The notes under the pieces are model-generated. The model made no database searches. It was not told the origin of the DNA and saw nothing but the letters and a program-made list of their open reading frames with translations. The position numbers and the translations under genes are program-made. Positions 57,002 through 64,000 of a stretch of 64,000 nucleotides of DNA are shown here, piece after piece. Where the stretch lies: positions 21,096 through 85,095 of the forward strand of contig WFSG01000012.1 in the NCBI GenBank assembly GCA_015486075.1, in the 5' to 3' direction. The stretch's first letter is position 1. Each line of letters starts with the position of its first letter. The DNA comes from Deltaproteobacteria bacterium. Its GTDB lineage: Bacteria; Desulfobacterota; Desulfomonilia; UBA1062.

Positions 57002-58237
57002 TTAGTCTCCGAACTGCTTTTTAACCTCCTTGAATGCCTTGTCAGCCACGTCGAGGGTTTTTTTTATGTCCTCCTCGGTGTGCGCCGCGCTTATAAACCA
57101 GTTGTGATGTGGATTGAAGAACACACCCCTTTTAGCGCACTCAGCGCAAAAGAGCTGGCTCCTCATGAAATTATCTTCGTTTGAAAAGGTCATGAAAGGT
57201 ATGGCGGGTGGCCCTGATATTGTGACTTTGAGGCCATTGGAGTCAGCGAGTTCCTTGAGGCCATTTGTTAAACTGAGGCCCCTTTCCCTTACCACGGAGG
57301 GTACATCTATCTTCTCCATCTCGTCTATACAGGCAAGTGCGGCTGCCATCTCGGGTGAGTTAAACCAGTAAGAGCCAGTTGCAAAGATTTTCGATGCTGC
57401 TATCTTCATCTTCTCAGTACCTACCAAGGCAGATATGGAGTAGCCATTTGCAATGGCCTTACAGTAACAGGCAAGGTCAGGCTTGAAACCAAAGTAATGT
57501 GCCGAACCCTTTAAGTCCAAACGCCATCCAGCCCGGACATCGTCTATAATGAGCACTATATCATTCTTGTTGCATACTTCCCTCATGCCGTTCCAGAAAC
57601 CTGGTTCGGGAAGTACTTGATCCGCGAAGGTAGGGTGATGATACGGGGTAAACATGACACCTGCAATATCGTTCTTGTTTTCTTCAACCACGCGCCTGAA
57701 TGCGCCAAGGTCGCCCCAGGGGATAAAAATCACATTCTTCCTGTCCTCAGGTGTCACACCTACCATGTTGGATGTGCACCATGGCTGGGTTCCGTGGTAA
57801 CCACCATCGGCCAGGACTATCTTCTTTCTCCTAGTATAAGCTCGTGCAAGAAGAACCGCCATGGAAGTTGTGTCTGCCCCGTTCTTGGCAAAGATGGCCC
57901 AGTCAGCACAGTCGTTTATCTCAACCAGGCGTTCTGCCAACTCAACCATAAGAGGAGATGCAATTGTAACGCAAGTACCCTTCTTGGCCTGTTTCATAAA
58001 GGCTTCGTCCACTTTGTCATTGGCATAGCCAAGAATCATAGGTCCGTAGGCACACATGTAGTCAATATATTCATTGCCATCCACGTCCCATAAATGTGAG
58101 CCCTTTGCCTTCTCGACAAAGTAAGGGTACGATCCAGGTACTGTTATGACAGGGGTCAGGTGGCCGTATATACCCTGTGGTATGACCTTTGCCGCGCGTG
58201 CAAAAATTTCCATCGACTTGTCTAATTTGTATGTCAT
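57002..58237 (-). CDS. class III (GSA-aminomutase-like) PLP-dependent aminotransferase
   Basis: HemL-like N-terminus and PLP-lysine context DLACYCKAIANG. 411 aa. Confidence 0.8.
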   Translation of the reverse strand: MTYKLDKSMEIFARAAKVIPQGIYGHLTPVITVPGSYPYFVEKAKGSHLWDVDGNEYIDYMCAYGPMILGYANDKVDEAFMKQAKKGTCVTIASPLMVELAERLVEINDCADWAIFAKNGADTTSMAVLLARAYTRRKKIVLADGGYHGTQPWCTSNMVGVTPEDRKNVIFIPWGDLGAFRRVVEENKNDIAGVMFTPYHHPTFADQVLPEPGFWNGMREVCNKNDIVLIIDDVRAGWRLDLKGSAHYFGFKPDLACYCKAIANGYSISALVGTEKMKIAASKIFATGSYWFNSPEMAAALACIDEMEKIDVPSVVRERGLSLTNGLKELADSNGLKVTISGPPAIPFMTFSNEDNFMRSQLFCAECAKRGVFFNPHHNWFISAAHTEEDIKKTLDVADKAFKEVKKQFGD

Positions 58238-58248
58238 CTAAGCACCCC

Positions 58249-59001
58249 CTATTGTAAATACAGGCTGAGCCTGTCTAGGTATCCATTCAGGACATCACCC
58301 ATGTGGAGATTCCCCTTCATGGAGATATCGCCTAGGCAGATGGATGCCATGACATCAACCTTATCGTCTGCCACGTCGAGTGCTGTCTTGTCTGAAGAAA
58401 ATTCCATTATGAAGTCTGGATCTTTGGCATGGCCTGCATCTGCATGTGCATGGCCATTTTTGTACACAACGTGTGCTGCAAAACCATCCTTTATCCTGAA
58501 TTCGGCAACCCCCTCGGGCATATGCGACCTTTGTTCCTCCATTGCCTTATCGTAGTTTAAGAGTATGGCAAGACCCCTAGGAATAGTATTGATGGTTAGC
58601 TTTGCCTTGAGCGACATCGGGGGGTTTGGACCCTTCATTACCTTTTCCATGCGTTTTGCAAGCTTCATGAACGTAATCAAACCCTTGAGCTTTGTAAAGC
58701 CTTTTAAAACTAGGGGAAAACCCACCCCTGAGCCTGTGAACATGTTGTTCATCAGCTTTTCCGTGGGAAAGAAAAGGGTCACGTCTGGTCTCAATGGCCT
58801 GCCAGGTTTAAGGGTTACCTTGGAGTTACTGAAAGTGAGGGTACTGCTGGGTCCTTGAAGGCCTGCCTTGAAAAGTATACTACCGTTCCACTTTCCTGCA
58901 ATAGGCCGAGACAGTTCATCATCTGTTGCCATGATCTCAAGGTTTGGAAGCACTGCCTCAAGGTGGAGCCTAGCTAATACTACTTGGTCTAGCATAGACA
59001 T
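58249..59001 (-). CDS. tandem SCP2-like lipid-carrier domain protein
   Basis: Two SCP2-like halves. The C-terminal half (KVDVMASICLGDISMKGNLHMGDVLNGYL) matches the SCP2 C-terminus pattern. Lies 11 bp from the aminotransferase gene. Confidence 0.5.
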   Translation of the reverse strand: MSMLDQVVLARLHLEAVLPNLEIMATDDELSRPIAGKWNGSILFKAGLQGPSSTLTFSNSKVTLKPGRPLRPDVTLFFPTEKLMNNMFTGSGVGFPLVLKGFTKLKGLITFMKLAKRMEKVMKGPNPPMSLKAKLTINTIPRGLAILLNYDKAMEEQRSHMPEGVAEFRIKDGFAAHVVYKNGHAHADAGHAKDPDFIMEFSSDKTALDVADDKVDVMASICLGDISMKGNLHMGDVLNGYLDRLSLYLQ

Positions 59002-59122
59002 CTCCTTTAATAATATTATGATGCGAGCGATTACTCACTCACCAAAGACAATTATATAGATAAAATATCTTATGTCAACAAAAATCTGGATAGGACGGCA
59101 TACAAAGGTAGCGGTACACTGA

Positions 59123-59944
59123 CTAATCTTCTATATCTGGAAAATCTGGATCTTTTCCTGTTAAGAATGCAGATATACCGTAAAGGCATTCTCCTGAGGC
59201 AATGAGGTCTATGGCCCTGGTTGACTCTAGCTCCAGGGCTTTGTCAAGGGGTAAGTAGGCCGATTTTCTAATCAATTCAAGTGCAGCCCTTACAGCCCTG
59301 GGCCCGTTCTTTGCTATCTTTTCTGCAAGCTCCATGGAGTTTTCATACGCCTTCCCGGGTGCACATACATAGTTTATAAGACCCATTGAGAGTGCCTCTT
59401 CGGCCCTTACCTTCCTTGCCGTGAGAATGAGATCAGCTGCCCTAGAGGGTCCCACCAGCCTCGCAAGTGCAACACCCCCACCCCAGTCAGTCATAAGACC
59501 AAGCCTTACCTCAGAGAAACATATAACGGCATCTGCATCCATCATCCTGATATCACAGCGTATTGCAAGCTCTGCCCCGCCCCCATATGCATTTCCATTG
59601 ATGGCTGCTATTATAGGTACGGGTAGGCTTACAAGGGAGTCAACAGCCTCTCTTATGCGCCTAATGATGGGCTCCACGGGTCCTTTATTATGTTTCTCGA
59701 CAGCTTCTATGAGACCGGAGACTTGCGGGTTGTCCGGATTTACGTCGAAACCAGCCGAAAAAGCCACTTTGCTTGAACCTGTTACCACTACTATTCGTGG
59801 TAGATTTCTGCGAAGACGAGACACTATCTCTTCAAGCCTTGACCACATCTCCTCGTTGAATGCGTTCCTTCTGTCTGGTCTGTTGAATGTTATTGTTGCC
59901 ACTGGGCCTGTATAATCCAGACTCATAATTGATTCAGAACCCAT
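59123..59944 (-). CDS. enoyl-CoA hydratase/isomerase (crotonase fold)
   Basis: Oxyanion-hole segments AFSAGFDV and AAINGNAYGGGAELA. Confidence 0.85.
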   Translation of the reverse strand: MGSESIMSLDYTGPVATITFNRPDRRNAFNEEMWSRLEEIVSRLRRNLPRIVVVTGSSKVAFSAGFDVNPDNPQVSGLIEAVEKHNKGPVEPIIRRIREAVDSLVSLPVPIIAAINGNAYGGGAELAIRCDIRMMDADAVICFSEVRLGLMTDWGGGVALARLVGPSRAADLILTARKVRAEEALSMGLINYVCAPGKAYENSMELAEKIAKNGPRAVRAALELIRKSAYLPLDKALELESTRAIDLIASGECLYGISAFLTGKDPDFPDIED

Positions 59945-59963
59945 TGGAGTCCTCCTTGTGCTC

Positions 59964-61808
59964 CTATCCCCTTCTAGGTATACCTTTCCAGTATTTATCT
60001 TCTATGGCCCTTTTTATTAGTTTTCCATCCGTGTGTCTGGGCAAGCTCCCGGAGAACTCTACAACCCTTGGAATTTTGTACCCGTACAGGCCCTGTGCCT
60101 TGCAGTACTCTATTATCTCCTCGGGTGTTGACTCTTGTCCTTCCCTTAACTGAACCACTGCTGCAGGAACCTCACCAAGGTCTTCATCCGGGTATCTGAC
60201 TACGGCTACATCCATTACCTTCGGATTTCTCTTTATTACCGCCTCTATCTCGTCTGGATATATATTTACCCCGCCTGATATTATCATTTCCTTTACCCTG
60301 CCCGTGAGATAAAGAAAACCATCTTCGTCCATGTAACCCAAGAGGCCGTCATCAAACCATGATTTGCCGTCCACGTCGATGAATGCCTTCTCCAGTTTTT
60401 CGGGTGTTCCCATATACCTGAGGCTTACCGTCATTACGCTTCTGGTGAGTACCTTGCCTTCTTTGTTTGGAGGACACCATTGGCCTTTCTCACTGTCGTA
60501 TATCCTTGTCTCGGCACATCTTATCTTGCCCACGCTCGCGTATCTCTTGGGATTTTCTTCGTAGTCACTTGGTAGCAATACCGATGTAATAGTTGTCTCT
60601 GCCGATCCATAGTATTCCTTGAACACATTACCCGTACATCCCTGCCTTATGAAGAACCTGTTTGCAGCCTTTTTGAGTTCAGGGGTTGCAGGTGCTGCAG
60701 CGCATATCAATGACCTCATTGAACTTAAGTCATACTTTGCCTTTACTTCGTCAGGCAGGTCCAGGATCCTTTCAAGCATGGTTGGTACAACAAAAACCCA
60801 GTTGATCCTTTCTCTCTCCACGATCCTCAGGAATTCCTCGGGATCAAACTCTCTCATCGTTACTACTGTGGCCCCAAGAAGCAAGAAAGGCGCCCATCCA
60901 GCTATAACCCCAGCATGGTATAGGGGACCAGGAACGAGGCATCTTATATTGTGGGTAAAAGGATCCTTTATCTTGTTACCCCCAAACCAGTAAGAAAAAC
61001 TCATCTCCATTATAAACAGTCTGAGGTATTCTGCCAGTGATACCTTGGGCGGTTCTGATATGTTGCTCATTGCATAGCCGAATCCGTCAAAGTAATTGAC
61101 ATTCTTGGGAATGCCCGTGGTTCCACCGGTATACGGGTTTAAGGCAAGTATGAAATTTTTCTCTGGCATGGTTGAAGGGGATTCAGTTATCAGGTCCTCG
61201 TATAGTATCATGCCATTTGGTGCTTTGTTTCCGACCACGATTAATTTCTCAACACTTTTAAGCCTGTCCCTGATTGATAGAACCTCATCGACCAGTGTCT
61301 CGTCAAGCAGTAGTATCCTGGGAGAGCTCCTGTTTATGGCCTCTGCCAGCTCTTCTCCTCTCATGTGCCAGTTTAGGAAGGGCATTGGGCAACCAATGAT
61401 AGAACCCCCAAACAGTGCTTCAAAAAACTCATTGCAGTTGTAAAGAAGTTCTGCAAACCTGTCCTTTGGCCTGAGCCCTAGTGACTTGAGTGCGTTTGCA
61501 AACCTCAAGACCCTGTCTTTAAATTCGGTAAATGTTAATCTTCTATCTCCCGAGATTATTGCCTCCCTTTTGTCAAACACCTCCCACATAGACACCAAGA
61601 ACTCTGGTATAACCTCTCCCGCCGTTAGGCTTCCTGGGTTGGTTATAAACTTTCCAGGGCCTATTCTCTTTACGAATCTTGAGAGTATCTTTATTGAGTC
61701 TGCAGCACCCCACTGGACAAAAGTGGTTATCAATAGACCGCGCCCGTGTTCCATCCTTAGTATACCAGGTAAAGCTTTCAGTATCTCTTTCAGGTCCTTG
61801 TCAGGCAT
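59964..61808 (-). CDS. AMP-binding acyl-CoA synthetase with an N-terminal extension
   Basis: YTGGTTGIPKNV (A3), YGSAETT, the GGVNIYP hinge and C-terminal PRHTDGKL. 614 aa. Confidence 0.8.
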   Translation of the reverse strand: MPDKDLKEILKALPGILRMEHGRGLLITTFVQWGAADSIKILSRFVKRIGPGKFITNPGSLTAGEVIPEFLVSMWEVFDKREAIISGDRRLTFTEFKDRVLRFANALKSLGLRPKDRFAELLYNCNEFFEALFGGSIIGCPMPFLNWHMRGEELAEAINRSSPRILLLDETLVDEVLSIRDRLKSVEKLIVVGNKAPNGMILYEDLITESPSTMPEKNFILALNPYTGGTTGIPKNVNYFDGFGYAMSNISEPPKVSLAEYLRLFIMEMSFSYWFGGNKIKDPFTHNIRCLVPGPLYHAGVIAGWAPFLLLGATVVTMREFDPEEFLRIVERERINWVFVVPTMLERILDLPDEVKAKYDLSSMRSLICAAAPATPELKKAANRFFIRQGCTGNVFKEYYGSAETTITSVLLPSDYEENPKRYASVGKIRCAETRIYDSEKGQWCPPNKEGKVLTRSVMTVSLRYMGTPEKLEKAFIDVDGKSWFDDGLLGYMDEDGFLYLTGRVKEMIISGGVNIYPDEIEAVIKRNPKVMDVAVVRYPDEDLGEVPAAVVQLREGQESTPEEIIEYCKAQGLYGYKIPRVVEFSGSLPRHTDGKLIKRAIEDKYWKGIPRRG

Positions 61809-62003
61809 GTCTCACACCTCCTTAGTAATTGCATACAAGCAAAGTAAGATTCGTTTAAACTGGGTAGTCTTTAAATACCCTCTATCATGTTACACCATTA
61901 CGGACAGCATTTAAAGTCGTCCTGTTTCTATTTATACATATTACACCAGATAGCCATGAATCCATGCCTGGGCATGCCGCCACGTTAACGGAGGCCATGT
62001 ATG

Positions 62004-62813
62004 CTATTCGGTATCTTCACTATCTTTGCTGAACGATTTTATCAGCTTGAAAAACTCACCAGAGAACACCATTATTGTCTGGTTTCTATTCTCCATGTTT
62101 ATTGCTGCTTCGAGCGATGGAGCATCTATGTTCTGGTCCAAGGCCCTCTTTGTAAGTTTCAATGCACTAAAAGATTTTTCTGCCATCATATTTGCGTAGG
62201 CAATAGCTTCGTCTATGAGGTTCTTCCTTGGCACTACCTTGTTTACGAGTCCCATGTCGCGCGCCTCTTCTGCCCAGAGTTTTCTACCTGTAAACAATAT
62301 ATCCGAGGCCCTTGATAGTCCGACGAGGCGAGGGATGAGGTAAGATGTGCCAAGTTCGCCACCTGATAGGCCTATGTTTATAAACGATGCCACGAAATAT
62401 GCCTCGGGACAAGCGATACGTATGTCACTAGCCAAGGCTATTGAAAAGCCGCCACCAGCGGCAGGACCGTTTATGACCGAGATTACGGGTTGTGGAATCT
62501 TTCTTAGTTTTAGAATAAGCGAGGCATATCTTTCCTGGACTATCTTTAGAAAAGATACCGGGTCCCTGAATGCATCCGAGTCCTTGTATGTAATGGCATC
62601 GTTGAGATCTGCACCAGCCGAGAAACCACGGCCTTCGCCCGTTATAAGGATAATCTTTGTTGAATCGTCATTGCTTAGAAAATCGAATATCTCATCGAAT
62701 TCTGCTAACATCTCCATGTTGATAGCGTTGAGCATGTCCGGACGTATCATTGTTATTAAGCGGATAGAATGGCCTACCTCTTCGAACTTGAGTGTGTTAA
62801 AGGATTTTTTCAT
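62004..62813 (-). CDS. enoyl-CoA hydratase/isomerase (crotonase fold)
   Basis: GFSAGADL and VINGPAAGGGFSIALASD motifs. Confidence 0.85.
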   Translation of the reverse strand: MKKSFNTLKFEEVGHSIRLITMIRPDMLNAINMEMLAEFDEIFDFLSNDDSTKIILITGEGRGFSAGADLNDAITYKDSDAFRDPVSFLKIVQERYASLILKLRKIPQPVISVINGPAAGGGFSIALASDIRIACPEAYFVASFINIGLSGGELGTSYLIPRLVGLSRASDILFTGRKLWAEEARDMGLVNKVVPRKNLIDEAIAYANMMAEKSFSALKLTKRALDQNIDAPSLEAAINMENRNQTIMVFSGEFFKLIKSFSKDSEDTE

Positions 62814-64000
62814 TAAGTTTCCTCTCTTTTTTTTCTGTCAAGTTCTCTTAATTCCCTTCTCAGTATCTTGCCGACTGCACTCTTTGGTAGAGAATCTGTG
62901 AACTCTATGGTTCGTGGCACCTTGTAAGGTGCTAGCCTTTCCTTTAAATACTGGATTAGCTCTTGTTCACTTAGGCTCTCACCAGGCATTTGTACAACAT
63001 AGGCTTTCACAGTCTCGCCCCTGTACTCGTCGGGTACTCCGATAGTACATGCTTCAAGCACCTTGGGATGACCGAATATGACATCGTCGATCTCGTTCGG
63101 ATATATATTGTATCCACCTGCAATTATGATGTCCTTTTTCCTGTCTACTATGGAGAGATAACCTTCCTCATCAAGGCGGCCTATATCTCCGGTATAGAAC
63201 CAGCCATGCCTGAGTGTCTTTGCTGTCTCTTCTGGTTTCTTGTAGTAGCCTAGCATGACCTGAGGGCCTTTGATGCAAATCTCCCCTTCTTTTCCGGCCT
63301 CCATTTCCCTGGTTCCCTCTTCAGGGTCCACTATCTTTATGTCTGTGCTCGGTAATGGTAGACCTACAGTACCACGCTTTATCTTTCCTCCAAATGGGCT
63401 TGCTACGGCGAAGGCCGTGTTTTCTGTGGCACCGTATACGTCGTGTATTACTGCACCGTGAAGTTCACCTAGCTGTTGAAGCGTGTCTTTAGGCAGCGGG
63501 GCTGCACCTGCAAAGTATCCCTTTATAAACGAAAGATCCATCTCCCTGAACTCCCTTTCCTTCAGGAGTCCCTGGTATATGGTTGGTACCCCTGGTAAGA
63601 AGGATGGTCTGAACTTCCTAAGTGCCTCTATTATGCCCTTTGGTTCTGGCCTTGGTATAAGGATGTTGGCCCAGCCCGAGAAGATGGACATGTTCATGCT
63701 AACCGAATACCCTGCAGAGTGAAAGATGGGGTATATGCCCATCACGATCTCGTCTCCGTCGTTCAGTGTTGGGAACCATGCCCTCCATACCTGGAGTACA
63801 CCGGAGATATTTGCATGGGTTAGCATGGCACCTTTACTTACGCCTGTTGTACCGCCTGTGTATATAAGTGCTGCAATCTCGTCCCAAAGGGATTCATCTT
63901 TAACCGGCTTATCAGGATATTTTCTTATAAGGTCCATGAATTCGTATAGGTTATTACCTGGATTCACCTTTCTGTACATGTCCTTCTTGGCCAAGGGAAA
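62813..64000 (-). CDS. AMP-binding acyl-CoA synthetase (N-terminal part lies beyond the window)
   Basis: LIYTGGTTGVSKGA (A3) sits near the window edge. C-terminal GGYNIYP and PKSAVGKI motifs. The reading frame is open to position 64000. Confidence 0.8.
   Translation of the reverse strand, partial: FPLAKKDMYRKVNPGNNLYEFMDLIRKYPDKPVKDESLWDEIAALIYTGGTTGVSKGAMLTHANISGVLQVWRAWFPTLNDGDEIVMGIYPIFHSAGYSVSMNMSIFSGWANILIPRPEPKGIIEALRKFRPSFLPGVPTIYQGLLKEREFREMDLSFIKGYFAGAAPLPKDTLQQLGELHGAVIHDVYGATENTAFAVASPFGGKIKRGTVGLPLPSTDIKIVDPEEGTREMEAGKEGEICIKGPQVMLGYYKKPEETAKTLRHGWFYTGDIGRLDEEGYLSIVDRKKDIIIAGGYNIYPNEIDDVIFGHPKVLEACTIGVPDEYRGETVKAYVVQMPGESLSEQELIQYLKERLAPYKVPRTIEFTDSLPKSAVGKILRRELRELDRKKREET

Overview
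This 64-kb window reads as a contiguous piece of a bacterial chromosome, probably from an anaerobe, with about 56 protein-coding genes at roughly 90% coding density. I found no rRNA, tRNA, CRISPR array, transposase or integrase.

Main content, in order along the window:
- Central carbon metabolism and chaperone genes: the 3' end of fbp, a long class II fba, rpoZ, dnaJ and pgi.
- RNA and DNA maintenance genes: rng, tsaC, ttcA-like, miaA and mutL.
- A complete cytoplasmic group-3b-type [NiFe] hydrogenase module: beta, gamma, small and large subunits, then the maturation protease and hypC, hypD, hypF, hypE. hypA and hypB sit about 10 kb upstream, directly after a GGDEF gene. A MerR-family regulator is divergent from the hydrogenase operon.
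- Lipid-associated loci: an MMPL/RND transporter paired with a LolA-like lipoprotein; a set of SCP2, M24 peptidase, two paralogous membrane proteins, an acyl-CoA synthetase and an acyl-CoA dehydrogenase; and a long minus-strand operon with two acyl-CoA synthetase/crotonase pairs, a tandem-SCP2 protein and a class III aminotransferase.

The accessory-looking items worth a second look are:
- An orphan FliK-like/FlhB-C-like four-gene module with no other flagellar genes in the window.
- A tandem pair of 212-aa paralogous membrane proteins.
- A rifampicin-phosphotransferase-like operon with an MBL hydrolase and an FmdB zinc-ribbon protein.
- A methyltransferase, LarA-like and unknown-protein island.
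- A fused double Kdo/RIO-type kinase.
- Shine-Dalgarno-like heptad repeats placed just 3' of two stop codons.
- A TetR gene with no canonical start codon, overlapped by a 12-3-12 operator palindrome.

All calls come from reading motifs in the supplied translations and the DNA. No database search was possible.
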